DNA of 64,000 nucleotides from Octopus vulgaris (GCA_951406725.2 OX597819.1:74834001-74898000); one strand, 5' to 3'; shown: positions 22,709 to 38,186, numbered from the stretch's first letter. Numbers and translations: made by a program. Notes: a model not told the origin generated them from the letters alone.

Positions 22709-25019
22709 CTTTAATGTATATTTGTGTGTGTATGGATGGGTGTGTATGTATATATATTTGTGAGTGTGTGTATGTATTTATATTTGTGTGTGTGTATGTA
22801 TTTGTGTATGTATATTTGTGTGTATATATCTATATTTGTGTATGTGTGTGTATGTATGTATTTATATTTGTGTTTGTGTGTGTGTTTATACTCTTTACTC
22901 TTTTACTCTTTTACTTGTTTCAGTCATTTGACTGCAGCCATGCTGGAGAACCACCCTTAGTCGAGCAAATCGACCCCAGGACTTATTCTTTGTAAGCCTA
23001 GTACTTATTCTATCGGTTAAATTTGCCAAACCGCTAAGTTAAGGGGATATAAACACACCAGCATCGGTTGTGAAGCGATGTTGGGGGGGGGGGGGGGACA
23101 AACACAGACACACAAATACATATATATATATACATATATACGACGGGCTTCTTTCAGTTTCTGTCTACCAAATCTACCCACAAAGCTTTGGTCGGCCCGA
23201 GGCTATAGTAGAAAACACTTGCCCAAAGTACCATGCAGTGGGACTGAAAAAAGAACCATGTGGTTGGTGAGCAAGCTTCTTACCACATAGTCACTCCTGC
23301 ACCTATGTATGTATATATATTTGTGTATGTGTGTATATATTTATATTTGTGTGTGTGTGTGTGTTTATCTTTTACATTTTATTTGTTTCAGTGACTGGGC
23401 TGTAGCCATGCTGGGGCATCACCTCAAAAGGTCTTAGTTGAACAAATTACTCCCAGCACTTATCATCTTTAACCCAGTGATCATTGTATCAGTCTTTTAC
23501 GCTGAACTGCTGAGTTACAGGGATGTAAACAAACCAGCACCGGTTGTCAAACTGTAGTGGGGGAAAAACACACACACACACATATTTATATATACGATGG
23601 GCTTCTTTCAGTTTCTGTCTATCAAATCCACTCACAAGGCTTTGGTCGGGCTAAGGCTATAATGTCAGAGATGCTTGCCCAAGTTGCCAGGCAGTGGGAC
23701 GGAACCTGGAGCCATGTGGTTGGCAAGGAAACTTCTTTCCACACAGCTGTGCCTGACATATATCAATATCTATATATATCCTTTTACTTTTTTCAGTCAT
23801 ATGACCGTGGCCATGCTGGAGCAGTGCCTTAAACGGTTTTAGTCAAACAAATCAACTCCAGGACTCATTCTTTGTAAGCCTAGTACTTATTCTATTGGTT
23901 AATTTTACCGAACTGCTAAGTTACAGAGACATAAACATACCAGCATCAGTTTTCAAGTAATGGTGGTGTGACATAAAGGCACACCCACATAAATATATAT
24001 ATATATAGGCAACAGGTTTCTTTCAGTTTCCATCTACCAAATCTATTCACAAGGCTTTGGTCAGCCTGAGGCTATAGTAGGAAACACTTGCCCAAGGTGC
24101 CATGCAGCAGGACTGAACCTGGATCCATGTGGTTGGGAAGCAAGCTTCTTACCACACAGCCACACCTGCACATATGTGTGTGTGTGTGTGTGTATGTATG
24201 TATATATATATATATATATATAATATCTATATATATATATATATATAATATATATAATATATATATGCATTAATATATATATATATATATATACACATAC
24301 ACACACAAACACACACACACACACATACACACATATAAATATAGGCCAATCACTGCTGATTCCCCCCCTCCACTTACTAGAACTATAGCTGTAAAAATAG
24401 TTTTCATAATCACTCACTCACTCTCTCTTCCTCCCTCTCTCCTATAAACACACGCGCACGCGCACTCACACACACACACTCACATACACACACCTGCCAG
24501 AAAGAGGCATCATAATAGACTAAATACAAACAATGATAAAGATAAGAGAAGTTAGAGAAGCTTCCCACAAAGATGATCACTTTTTGACCTCAACATGGCA
24601 GCTGGAGGTGGGGGGGGGGACAAGGTTAAAGAGATTAAGATGAAAATTATTGACAGACAGACAGATAGAGGTGGGGGGGGGGATTCTTTTATAGAGGAAA
24701 CTGACTGTTGCCAGGAGTACACACACACACACAGATAGACATACACACATGCAAGCATATTAATACACGTCTTCCAAAAAACACATACAAACACATGGAT
24801 ACATTATGAAGAGAAAGGCTGAAAGCCTCACATGTTGAAGGGAAGAATTTAGTGAATTTCATCAATGCCTCCCATCCTCCCAGGTATCTCGACTGGAGTT
24901 TATTTTATTGACCCTGGAAGAATAAAAGTCAAAGGTCGTCTGTCAGAACTTGAACTTACAATGTAATAAAACCCCTGTAACTAAATATCCCAACAGAATT
25001 TGTTGCAACTCTGCAGAGA

Positions 25020-27070
25020 TAGACATTTTAATAGAAACCAAAACAAGAAACCAAGATACTGATTGTAACCATTCCAGAACAAGCAATTAGGATGAATCTG
25101 ATAAAGACAAAGACCAGCAAAACTCAATCAGAGAATAAATGTAGAATCTGCAGGAAAAGCAATGAAATCATTTACCATCTCTTGTGTGACTGCAGTAAGC
25201 TAGCGCAAAAAGAGTATAAGTGCATGAATGACTGTGTAAGTAAAAGAATGTATTTGAATGTTAGCTGTGTGTGTCACTTTGAAATAACTGGAAAGTGGTG
25301 TGAACACGAGCAGAGGCTGTGACAGAGAATAAGATTTACAGGAATTTATGGGATGTACCCATAAAGACTGGCCATATTATTGAAGCAAGAAGACTGGATA
25401 AGTTTATAGAGGACAAAATAAACAGTGTAAGATCCTAGATTTTGTAATACCATAAGACACCAAAGAAATTTAAGAAACTGAGAAATATCGGGACCTGGCC
25501 AGAGAGATGAAGAGATTGTGGAAGACAAAGGTGACAAGTATTTCAATGGTTATAACTGTATTTGGCAAGACACTCAAACTGCTACCCAGGAGACTGAAGA
25601 ACATTGGAAGTGAGACTCACGTTGAGATTTGAGGAAACATGTTGTTACCAAACCTCAAGATAACACCTCTGCTAACTAAATTACAACATAGTTCAGTGGA
25701 GACATAGGAATGGAATTTAGGATAAAGAAATGTGGAGTTCAAAGAGGAAAGGTGGTGAGAACTGAAGGGGTAGCAGTACCAGATCGAAGTGTTGTGAGGG
25801 ATATTGAAGAGAGTGGTTATAAGTACCTTAGTATCTTGGAGACTGACAGAATAAAAAAATTAGATGAAAAGTTTACACAAGAAAGAGTAAATGAGATGAT
25901 TGTGCTTGATTCTTAAACCAACTGGAAGAAATAAAGTAATTGCCATCAGTACTTGGGGTGTATCAGCACCACAATGTGGAGCAGGCATACTTAAATGGAC
26001 AAAAGAAGAGATAAACCAGATGGGCCGACAAACAACGAAAGACAAGAACAACACATGGTGCTTTACATCCTAAAAGTGACGTGCATAGGATATACTTACC
26101 ATGGGAAGATGGAGGAAGAGGTATGACAGGCTGCAAAGATTGCATAAGAAGTGAACAAAATAGTCTTGGTTGATATATTTGGAACAGCACAGAACCATTA
26201 CTGATGGGAGATAAATTGGCTGGGATCATAGAAACAGAGTCATGCACAAATATAGAAGAGTTCAAGCAAAATAGAATTGGAAAGAAGGTTACAAGGTTGA
26301 AAGACAAAGCAATGCATAGACAGTTCCTAAGAGATATAGATAAAGACTTTAATTTTGGGAAGATAGACAAACATAAAACATGGGCATGGATGAATAAGGG
26401 AGATTTGAAAGAATGGGGGTGGGGAGCTGTTATTTGTGCTGCTCAAGTGCAAGCATTAAGAACTAACTGCATAAAATTCCACATTGACAAGACAATCGAA
26501 TTGCCATTCTGCAGAATGTTTGGGAAGTTTGGAGAAACCAACAGCCATATTGTATGTGAATGTAGCTGTTTGGCACAGTGGGAGTACAAGAGATGGCATG
26601 ACAATGTTCCTCAAATTGTACAATGGTTTTATGTGAGAAATATAACTTGGAATAACCTGACAAGTGGTATGAACACCAGCCACCCGCTGTAATGAAAAAC
26701 AATGTGGTGAAATTGATATGGGATTTAAATGTGCAACGTGACAATGTGATTGAGTTAAGAAGACCAGATTTGATCCTGATTGAGAAAAAAGAAAGATACT
26801 GTTTGGATTATTGACATTGCTATTCTGGGTGATATCCATGTGGTAGAAAAAGAGGACAATGTGGACATAGAGCAAGATTTGAAGCATAAGAGAATACATT
26901 TGTAGGAACTGAGGAAAGGGGAGTTTGTGATAAAAACACTTGGAATCATGACAAACCAATTTCAGGAGTAGCTTGGCAAACTTGGACTCAGTATCAAGAC
27001 TGAGATGCTGCAGAAAACATCACTGCTTGGAACAGCCGGGATTTTGAGGAGAGGTTTGACAATATAACTG
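25020..27070 (+). mobile_element. Two tandem decayed R4/Dong-clade LINE 3' portions (CCHC knuckle plus restriction-like endonuclease)
   Basis: 'AAQVQALRTN...CRMFGKFGETNSHIVCECSCLAQWEYKRWHDNV' and 'RRPDLILIEKK...IIDIAI'. The upstream copy reads 'CRICRKSNEIIYHLLCDCSKLAQKEYK'. Followed by (AAT)n. Confidence 0.85.
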
Positions 27071-28530
27071 GAATGAGAAAGTTGATCCGTTTTTGATAAA
27101 AAAAATATTGACATACAATCAGTTTGAGAAAAGTGACAATAATAATAATTCTTTCTACTATAAGCACAAGGCCTGAAATTTAGAAGAAGAGGTTGATGTA
27201 ATCGACCCCAGGGCTCAACTACAGTTTATGTTATTGACCCCCAAAAGGATGGAAGACCTTTGCAGTATTTGAACTCAGAACATAAAGAGCCTGAAGAAAT
27301 GGCTCGAAGCATTTTGTTTGACGCACCGATGATTCAACCAGCTTGCTGACTTAATAATAATAATAATTATAATCTTTTCTATTATGGGCACAAGGCCTGA
27401 AGTTTGGGGGAGGGGCACTAGTCAATTACATCGACACCCCAGTGTTTCACTGGTACTTTATTTCGTTGAACCCCAAACGGATGAAAGGCAAAGTCGACCG
27501 TGGCAGAATTTCAACTAAGAACATGAAGATATGCTTGTGTGTGTGTGTAAGTACAGGTGTGGCTGTTTGCTTCTCAAACACATCGTTTTAGATTCAGATC
27601 CAATTCCTGGTACCTTAGACAAGTGTCATCCACTGTAATTCCAGACTGACAAAATCCTTGAAAATAGATTTAATAGGCAGAATGTGAAAGGAGCCTCTCT
27701 CTCCTTCCCAGCTTCTCTCTCTCTCCACAGCCTCCCTAGACACATTCTGCCCGCCCCCACATCCAACTCCTGTACCTATTGCCTCTTTCCTCCCATTCAG
27801 CTCCCCACCCATACAGCTTCTCTACTTCCCCAACACCCTCTCAGCCTCTTGTCTCTCCTTTCTCCTCCACCACCACGCTCCCTAAATCCATCCTTCCTTC
27901 CTTTGACTCTCTTCAGGTTCCTCACAATAATAATTCTACCAGCTCACCACTTGAATAATAATAATAACAATAATTTCAGCCAGAAAGCTTGAAATTAGAC
28001 GGGATGGGGTAAGTCGATTGCTTTGACCCTAGTTCTTAACTGTTTTTTTGGTTTTTTTTATCGCATCGAAACTGAAAGAATGAAAGGCAAAGTTGACCTC
28101 GGCGAAATTTGAACTTAGAACGTAAAGACACGTGAAATACATCTGGATTTATTGTATTCAACTGCTCGAGTGCACCATTACTGCTATGTGGTTTTGTGTA
28201 TTAAAAAAATGTCTGCTTAGAAGTAATTTGAACTCGTAACCTCCAAGCAATGATCTTGATACTTAGCTTGCCATGTCCTGACTCAACTTGGAATAAATTG
28301 TTGTAACGTACGAATGTGTCTTTTTTGTCTCCTGGCCGTTCAAACCATTTCAAGGGAGGAAACTCTAAGCTTGCTATGCAAAACTGGTGCAGGAAACAGC
28401 CATGAACTCACATAATTTGTCGAGTCTTTGCAGTCACAGCATATCTCCAGAGGTCTCGGTCTATCGTCATTGCTTCTGTGAGGCCCAACGTTCGAAGGTC
28501 ATGCTTGACCACCTCACACACAGACACACT

Positions 28531-28588
<58 letters not shown>

Positions 28589-30394
28589 GCCATCATAGCT
28601 TAGCACACCATTCCTTCTGGGGCGTGTGGCCCATCGTCCCCTGCCCCTCCATCTTCTGCTGTTTTACCTCCCATTCTTTGTTCGTTCATTTCTTTTTTAT
28701 CTTTCCTTCTTTTCTATTTTTTTTTTTTTAATTTAAAAGTTATAATTCTAAAATATGATTTGTTGTAGAATTGTCTGCCGAAAGAAAGCGTAACCATAAA
28801 GTTTGTCCATGGAATAGAGACTTTTGCTCTTTCCTCGTAGCCTTGTCGCAGCAAGGTTCGATGGTTAGAGATAGGTTATAAAGAAAATAATTACTTTTTT
28901 ATACACTTATATCATTTTACTTGTTTCAGTCAATAGACTATGGCCATGCTGGGGCACTGCCTTGAAGAATTTTTAGTCGAATATATTGACCCCACCACCA
29001 CCAACACATCGCTTTTTTTCTTTTTAGCCTGGTCCTTATTCTATCGGTTTGTTTTGCGAAACTGTTAAGTTACAGGGACATAAACACACCAACATCGGTT
29101 GTCAAACGGTGGTGTGAGGCAAAACACACACATACATGTATGTATGTATGTATGTATGTATGGATGGATGGATGGGCGTCTTTCAGTTTCTGCAAAATAA
29201 ATCCACCCAAGACTTTGGTTGGCTCGAAGCTATAGTGAGATATTTGCCCAAGGTGCCACACAGTGAGACTGAACCTGGAACCATGTGATTGGGAAACAAG
29301 TTTGTAACCACACAGCCACTCCTGCGCCCAAACTTATCTAATAAAAACAAATAGAAATTTATAAACGGGAAGCAAAAAAATTTCCTTTCGTGAATTCCAA
29401 TAACATTTAGTTTTTGATTTGTTGATATTGTGAGTGAGGAGTCTGTATAAAACAACGAGATCTGAATCAGGCGATGATATCCCTAAAACCATAACAATGA
29501 CCTGGTCGAAATGCCGGTAAGCCCTTTGACCGATATGCTAACAACCAGGTCGAAATATTACTTTCAAATTTTGGCACAAGGCCGGCACACCCGGGGCGGG
29601 GGAGTAAGTCGATTACATCGACTCCAGTTCACAACTGGTTCTTATTTTTATCGACCAAGAAAGGATAAAGTGCTACGTCGACCTCGAATGCCTCTAAGCA
29701 TTTCGCCCGGCGCGATCATGATACCAGCTCACTGTCTTCGACCAGATCGAAATATTGACACCAAATAATAAATGTTTAAGAGAAGTTAATAGTCTTTGTG
29801 AGTTTTTTGAATGGCTAAGATGTGTCTTCCCCAGTGTAACTGTTTTAGCTTCAATATACAGTCGCAGATGAAGTTACTTGCCAGGCAAACATATCTCCGA
29901 AATATAGTTGTGTGCGAAAAGAATACGAGGACAAAATAATTAATTGAATAACATGAGAGATTCCATTGTAATTACGCGCATGAGAAAGAGAGAAAGAGAG
30001 AGAGAAAGCGTGTGTCTGTGCGTGTACAGATAAAACAGAGCAAGTTACTAAGGTAGGTAACTCTTACAATAGTTATTAGCCTTACATCAATAATTTAATG
30101 AAGATCATGTTGGGGGATAAAAAGACGATTCTTTCTCGTTAACTGTCGAGAAACTGCATCTTTAAGAAGTTCCCTGCTTACTGAAATTCTCCAAGACTGC
30201 TCAGCACGACGGGCGAAATGCTTAGCGGTATTTCGTCAGCTGCCAGGTTCTAAGTTCAAATTCCGCCAAGATCAACTTTGCCTTCCAGCCTTTCCGGGTC
30301 GATAAATTAAGTACCAGTGAAACACAGGAGTCGATGTAATCAACTAGTCCCCACCCCACCAAATGTCAGGCTCTTTGTGCCTTTATTAGAAAGG

Positions 30395-30431
<37 letters not shown>

Positions 30432-30596
30432 GGCGCAGGAGTGGCTGTGTGGTAAGTAGCTTGCTAACCAACCACATGGTTCCGGGTTCAGTCCCACTGC
30501 GTGGCATCTTGGGCAAGTGTCTTCTGCTATAGCCCCGGGCCGACCAATGCCTTGTGAGTGGATTTGGTAGACGGAAACTGTAAGAAGCCTGTCGTA

Positions 30597-30651
<55 letters not shown>

Positions 30652-30836
30652 TTGTCCTTCTAGTATTGCTTGACAACCGATGCTGGTGTGTTTACGTCCC
30701 CGTCACTTAGCGGTTCGGCAAAAGAGAGCGATAGAATAAGTACTGGGCTTACAAAGAATAAGTCCCGAGGTCGATTTGCTCGACTAAAGGTGGTGCTCCA
30801 GCATGGCCGCAGTCAAATGACTGAAACAAGTAAAAG

Positions 30837-30840
<4 letters not shown>
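30432..30840 (+). mobile_element. Full-length tRNA-derived SINE, family B (GGCGCAGGAGTGGCTGTGTGG head, internal (TA)/(TG) tract)
   Basis: A box GTGGCTGTGTGG, B box GGTTCAGTCCC, tail ...GACTGAAACAAGTAAAAGA. Copies at about 10120-10530(-), 22895-23304(-), 23368-23755(-), 23780-24171(-), 28915-29328(-), 34135-34470(-) and 55108-55458(-). Confidence 0.88.
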
Positions 30841-30871
<31 letters not shown>

Positions 30872-31087
30872 AGGCGGTGAGCTGGCAGTATCGTTAACAC
30901 GCTGAAAATACTTTTTGTTGCGGTATTTTCATCTGCTGCAACGTTCTAAGTTCAAATTCTGCCGAGGTCAACTTTGGCTTTCATCATTTCAGGGTCTGCT
31001 AAATAAGTACCAGTTACGTGCTGGGGTTGATGTAATCGACTTAATCCCTTCTCTCAAATTTCAGGCCTTGTGCTTCCAGTAGAAAGG

Positions 31088-31120
<33 letters not shown>

Positions 31121-31885
31121 TGCGAGGCAGCAATCTGGCAGAATCGTTAACATGCCAGGCAAAATGTTCACTGGCATTCCGTCTGTTTTTACGTTCTGAG
31201 TTCAAATTCTGCCAAGATCAATTTTGCCTTTCGTCCATTCAGGGTTGATAAATTAAGTACTAATTGAACATGGGGGTGGGTCAATGTAACCAACTTGCCC
31301 CTACATTAAATTTACTGGCCTTGTGTCAAAATTTGAAACCAAAAGTAGTCGGCTGGCAGAACCATTAGCAGACCAAGCAAAATTCTTACCGGCATTTTGT
31401 CCATCTTTACATTCTGAGTTCAAACTCCACTGAGGTCAACTTTGCCTTTTATCTTAACGAGGGCCGATAAAATAAGTACCAGTTGCGTACGGGGTGGGGG
31501 TGGGGAGTCAATCTAATCGACTTACCCCATCCCCTGAAATTGCTGGTCTTGTGCCAAAATTTGAAACCATCAGTAGTAGTAGTAGTGGTAGTAGTAGTGA
31601 GGAGGAGGAGGAAGACAACAGATGTACAGAAGAAAAGAAAATCCTATTTTAGCGTCTCAGGACTAACAATAAGATAAATTAAAAGCTTAATGGAATTAAC
31701 AGATTTTGCTGCCAATAACTGGGTACAAACAAATCCAAAGTTCCTGTCTTTGGCATTGTGCCAATACTTAGAATTGTCTTAGATATGCCATTAAATATAC
31801 GGCAGTATCAGATGAAAACTTCTAATTCTACTCAGAATGTTGGATTCTTACTTTTATTTGAGATATGGTAATTTTGGCTCTGAAA

Positions 31886-31887
<2 letters not shown>

Positions 31888-31960
<73 letters not shown>
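31888..31960 (+). repeat. (GA)n microsatellite, representative of many (CA)n, (TA)n, (ATT)n and (CAT)n tracts such as 5793-5850, 21432-21514 and 28534-28586
   Basis: Direct inspection. Confidence 0.95.
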
Positions 31961-31963
<3 letters not shown>

Positions 31964-33673
31964 CATCATCATCATTTCCATGCTTTGCCTCAGCTGATTG
32001 ATCAGCTGCCCTTCCCGTTGCTGACTTTCACCTGTTTCCAAGCAACGTAGTATTTTCCCTTGGTTGAGCAAGTCTCCATGGAAAACTGGAAACAAACGAC
32101 TCCAGTATAATGGTGACGCTTACAACAAACACACAATGTCTAGATAAGGAGACAGAAACTCCTTTTAGTTTCCATCTACTGGATCCATTCACAAGGCTTC
32201 TGGTTGGCCTGGGGTTATCATAGAAAATACCAAGGTACCACACAGTGAGGCTGAATCCAAAACTACATTCTTGGAAAACAAACTTCACCATACACACACA
32301 CAATATGTATACTTATTATGCTTCCATGCCAAGAAATCGTTTTCTTATTCTACCATAGAATTAGCTATGATGACCTTGTTCTGACAGCATAATCTGTAAC
32401 AGAATTAGAAAAGAAGTTCCGGGTGTGAAATAAAAACCTGGAATTAAATGGCCTTAAAGTTGACTTAGCAATGACCAAAGTTGTAGTAAGCAGGACACTA
32501 ATTTCTTGAGAAATATGTAAAAGATTTATAGGTAGAAATTCCATATGGTATACCCAATCCAAATTGTGAACATTTAAGAGATGCAATGGAACCATAAAAT
32601 GTTTAGTAAAGAAATACCTTTGTGAGTAGCAGACATGCAAGAACACACAGGAAATAGATTTCCTCAAATGCCAAGAAGGTTCCCTAGAGGTTGAACTAGC
32701 GATTCAATTAGCAGTGGGGAAGGATGTTCTGAGAGCATAGGCACTAAAATGAGAACTGCCTGGAGAAAGTTCAGAGAGCTGTTACCTATGTTGTGAGAGG
32801 AAGATTGAATGATGCTAGTGTTGGAACAACTTTGCTTGTAGAGAAATATAGGCGGTGAGTGTAGAGGATGTGTGAAGGCTAGAAAGAAATGGAACAAGAA
32901 TGGTCTGCTGGAGGTGCAAGGTCTGTGTGTATGTACGACAAAGTGCAAATGTATGGAGAGGAAAATTGTGCATGAGAGGAATCAGACGAGGGGTTGGAGA
33001 GGGGGAGAGTTCACAGGGTTCCAAAAGGAGAATGGGAGGTAAAGGTGGGTGGGAATTCACTGGGGTATATATTGTGTGCTGGTACTTATGTGGAAGTGAA
33101 GGCACATGGCTCAGTGGTTAGAGCGTTGAGCTTACGATCATGAGGTTATGAGTTCGATTCCCAGACCAGGCTGCGTGTTGTGTTCTTGAGCAAGACACTT
33201 TATTTCATGTTGCTTCAGTTCACTCAGCTGTAGAAATGAATTGCAGCATCACTGATGCCAAGCTGTATCAGCACCTTTGCTTTTCCCTTGGATAACATCA
33301 GTGGTGTGGAGAGGTGTAGGCTGGTATGCATGGGCGACTGTTGGCCTTCCATAAACAACCTTGTCCAGATTTGTGCCTTGGAGGGTAACTTTCTAGGTGC
33401 AATCCCATGGTCATTCATGACTGAAGGGGATCCCCGACTTAGGTGGAAACATGAGGGAGATACAGCAGTGGTAAGCATGGATGGGTTGTGGGAGAGAGTG
33501 TGTGTGTGTGTGTGGGGGGGGTCATGCATTTACTTTGCTGTGCAGGTCCTCACAAGTACAGCATGTCACCAGTTGTCTTAGCCCTTCGTCATTTCCTCTC
33601 TGAGCCTCAACATCTGAAGAGAAGTTTTCACGAGATGTTGAGACTCATATGTATGTGTCAATTGCTTTTTATG

Positions 33674-33717
<44 letters not shown>

Positions 33718-34724
33718 GCATGTATGTATGTATATCAGGTATCTTGGGGAAATTTCGAACCTGGGTTCTCATTCCTAAGGTATTTTTCGATATTATTATT
33801 ATTATTATTCAGGTTACTGCCTGGAATTGAACTCAGAATCTTGGGGTTAGTAGCCAGCGCCATATGCCATATGCCCATGGATATATAATTAGCCTTTAAA
33901 AGGAAAAGGTTAACAGTGACCTCGAAGTTCCAGCTTGTATGCATACACACACAAGACTTGTACCCAGCCAAAATAAATATTTCTTCAATGGAGAAACAAC
34001 AGCTGTAGTCGAAGCAATGATACAACTGATAACAACAACAACATTGATAAAAGAAGATAAAAATACTTTAGAACTGAATGTAATTAATGTGCCCCATCAC
34101 CATCATCATCATCATCTGTATATTCTTTTATATTTTATCTTTTACTTGTTTCAGGCAATAAACTGTGGCCATGCTGAGGCATCACAATGAGGAATATTTA
34201 ATCAAATAAATTGACCTCAATATCTAGCTATTCTATCAGCCTATTTACCAAACTTTTAAGTTACAGGGATGTAAACAAACCAACATCAGCTGTCAAGCAA
34301 TGGCAGAGGACAAGCAAAGGTACACACACACACACAGAGTTTCAACGTACTAAATCTATTCACAAGGCTTTGGTTGGCTGAAGGCAATAGAAGATACTTG
34401 CCCAAGGTACCATGCAGTGGGATTGAAACTGGACCTAAATGGTTGGGAAGCAAGCATCTTACCTACATGCAAACATTATAAAGTGCATTAGTAGAAGATT
34501 AAGAGGTGTTGGGGTATTAGACAGAATACTCGGTGGTATTTGGTCAAAATCTGAATTCTGAGTTCAAATCTCACCAAAGTCAATTTTAGCTTTCATCCTT
34601 TCTGAGTCAATTGAATAATAATTAAATAATAAAATAATAATGATTTTGGCTTTCAGCCTCTCCAAGTCAATTAAATAATAATAATGCTTTCAAATTTTGG
34701 CAAGTTTGAGGGAGGAATTAAGTC

Positions 34725-34985
34725 AATTCAGAAACATTATTACCCATTGCACCAGCAACCATCTTGAGCACTTTTTTGAGCCTCATGTGTCTAACACACG
34801 TGGGCATGCCTATGAAGTCAGAAAACAGCACAGCTCCCATGACTTTTGGAAACATATTTTCACACTCAGAGTTACTGAAGCATGGAACAAACTACCCACA
34901 TCAGTTGTTAGTTGCTGAGACATTACATCTTTTAAAACCTCCATGCTTCCTGAAATTCACCAACACTACACATGATATACACATG

Positions 34986-35016
<31 letters not shown>

Positions 35017-35130
35017 CATGATCCATACACTGTTTATTTTCCTGACTTTCGTACATAATTCTATATACTGTACATGCACCTTTGATGAGTTGTAGGGCAC
35101 TTGAGCACTATACACAATAATTTCATTATT
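34725..35130 (+). mobile_element. CR1-type LINE 3' end plus UTR
   Basis: 'NTRGHAYEVRKQHSSHDFWKHIFTLRVTEAWNKLPTSVVSC'. A second copy of the tail lies at about 42268-42500. Confidence 0.85.
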
Positions 35131-36827
35131 AAAAATCAACCTCACTACATGACTGGTACTTATTTTATTGACACCCCCAGAAGGATGAAAGGCAAAGAAG
35201 ACCTCTGTAGAATTTGAACTCAGAATGTAAAGATGGACGAAATGCCACTAAACATAACAATTCTGTCAGCTGCACCACAGCCCAAACAATAATAAAGTAC
35301 CAAGGAGGTAGACTCTTGGAATTATAAGAACATGGGACTTGATATCTTGTGGTAGTTTTTCCAGTCATGTGTGTTCTGAGTTTAAATCCCACCAGGTCCT
35401 ACCTGCGTGCAGGACTTAATCCATTGCTCAGTTTAACACCTGCAACAGGGACCTTGGGATCTTTAGTAGCATCTATCATTGCCAGGGTTCTGGCTTGAAG
35501 ATATCCTCCCTCCCCACCAGCTTCAGAATCCCTGTAAAGGGTCATGGGACACTGCCTTCATTCCTGACCATAAGAATGCCAGAATGGTATTTAAAAATTT
35601 TTACTAAAGTTTCATGCTCCCTGTGGGGGACACATTTTCATGTTTGTCAGGTTGTCCACATTTGAAAAAAAACTGGCAGTACTCCAGCATGGCCACAGTC
35701 TAAAGACTGAAACAAGTAAAAGGTATAAGATAGAATATTTAAATAATGGTGCTAATGCAGTTTCACACCTCTCCTTGAAAAATGCATTTTTTTGAAATTT
35801 TTTTCCAGATTCCTACATTTAAGATGTTGGAGACTACGAATATGCAAAAAAAAAAAAAAAAATGTTTACTCCCACCCACTTAAAATTTAGAAATTTTTTG
35901 AAATTTTTTTCCCTATGTTTTAGATGATGGAGATTCCAAATATGCAAGAAACCACGTATATTACTGGTAGTTATTTCTAAATAACCTCCAAAATGAGACA
36001 AAGTGGACTCTGGTAAGATTTGAACCCAGGAGGTAAGACTAGTTACATATTTTATTCCACCTCATTCCAAATGACCAAGGTCAGGTGTCTTTATGGTGTT
36101 AGGGCAAAACTTAATTGAACCAGTTAAAGAATTACCAAAATCAACCCTGGAGGGAAACAGGAATAATATTAAGAATCTTGAAGGTTGAAAAATGAATATT
36201 GTAAAGATATTTTGGACTCTTTGGTACAAAGATGCAACCAAGTTCCAGAGTTTAATGAAAAACAAATTCTTAAAGAGAAAATGGTTTTGTTACAAATAAC
36301 TTATTTTAGTTAAAATGACTTTATTTAATTTTTTAAAATTTAAAATTTAAATTTTTAAAAATTGACATGAAACAAAACAACGTATCACAGATAACAAAAA
36401 TATGACAGAAGCCTTAAAGGTTTGTCACATATTCACTGAATAGGGTATGCGATTTAGCAGTCTTACCAAATTCTTCAGGAACTGTAATAGATTTTTTTTT
36501 TCCTTTTAACTCTCCTTGCATGTGTAATCCATACCCACCTTCAGCAGGGTTCTTTGAGAAGAATATTTACACAGGTCAACAACACATTTTAACTACAATG
36601 AACAACATATGAGCAGCAACAACAGCAGACTTGGAAGGACCATTCCAGTAACAATAGAAACTTAGAGATCTCTTGAAAGTTTCTTACCACTGACACGACC
36701 TCCACTGAACAAATGTTGGAAATAATCTCATCAAAAATCCAAGATGGACTTAGTTGTACATGGAGAAACAACACACAGCCCAAACCAACCCCCACCAAAT
36801 AACAAAAAGCCCATCACTTATCTAACC

Positions 36828-37091
36828 CAGGGCTTCTCAACCATTTTTTTAATCTATGGACCTTTTTGATTCCAATCTTAGACAGGTGGACCCTTGCAGG
36901 CATTCGATATTTTAAAAAATCTGATATTTTTATTATTCAATATTATTAGGAATTGTATTAAAAAAAAAAATGAAAATATTTGGTGCAGCAAAGAAATATC
37001 ATCAATTTATTGCAGATAAATTTTAACAACAAAGTCTTACATGTCTCCCGCCACCCCAATGGGTCATACAGACCCTGGTTGAGAACCACTG
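36828..37091. mobile_element. hAT MITE
   Basis: TIR CAGGGCTTCTCAACC / GGTTGAGAACCACTG. 8-bp TSD ATCTAACC / GTCTAACC. Confidence 0.88.
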
Positions 37092-38186
37092 GTCTAACCA
37101 CCTCTAAAATCTCATTACAATACTATAAGGTATTTTATCTAGCACCCTAATAACTCTGCTTCCAATTCGCCACCTTAGAGAACCAAAATTAAATCTAAGA
37201 CATTACAAGAATAGTGACCATTCTTTGAGCCATTGATGCTGTCATAATATGTTCCAGTAAATATTAACTTCTCAAAAGACAATCTGGGTTAGAAGCCGAT
37301 ACAGAAGTGGACAAAAGTCTTGAAAGTGTGTATTTTATTAACCCCAGGGGAATAACAGGTATTAATAAAAACCTAACTTAGTGTTAGTATATTTAATGTC
37401 GAGAGCATTAAAACTAATTGAAAACAATTATGTAGAGAAAAAAAAACATTAATCAATGCCCAATATTTTTGTCTGGTTATTCAACAGCCTTTACCAGACT
37501 TGCTCAAGTAATAAAGGGACATCCACATCTACATCTACAATGTTGTTCACGAGTTGGTGTGAAAATTAGCATATTTAATTAAATACATCATTGAGCTTCA
37601 TTACTTAGAGACGCCATCCACAAAAGGAAAAAAAAAAAAAAGAATTGTTAGTGTGAACATAAATAATGCAGTGAGCATTGAATGGTCTAATTAGGGATAA
37701 TTATGATGTGCAGAAAAGACAAAATTCACTTAATGGCTAATAAACATCTTAATATTCTTATTAAGATTTTTTAATGATTCCTACAGCTAAATTTTCTATG
37801 GTTTACTATTTTTTAATTAACATTAAACTTAATTATTGTTTTGCATGTGAATGCCATCTGATTTGTAAACCTCAGTGGTGTGTGTGTGTGTGTGCTAAAT
37901 AGCGGTACTCCAAGTATTTGTTTAGAAGGGAGATAACTCAATGGCAACAATTTCTCAGAGTATTTTAGTATATTAAAATCATTCGTTTCATGGTTATAAC
38001 AACAACAACAACAACAAACATAATGATAATTCAATAACCAAAATAAAATAAAGTAACCCTCAATTTAAAGAAACCAATTCAAAACCTGCAATAAAATGGG
38101 GGTGGGGAAGATGAGGAATGGAAAGGAAATACGAAGGAAGATAATCGCTGGATTTCGTTTTCCAGTCGTAAAATGTTAGTGAAAAA

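Noticed and set aside
21373-24417. Many YIYI/CVCV/HTHT-type ORFs here and elsewhere
   Set aside because: Translations of stop-free microsatellites and SINEs.
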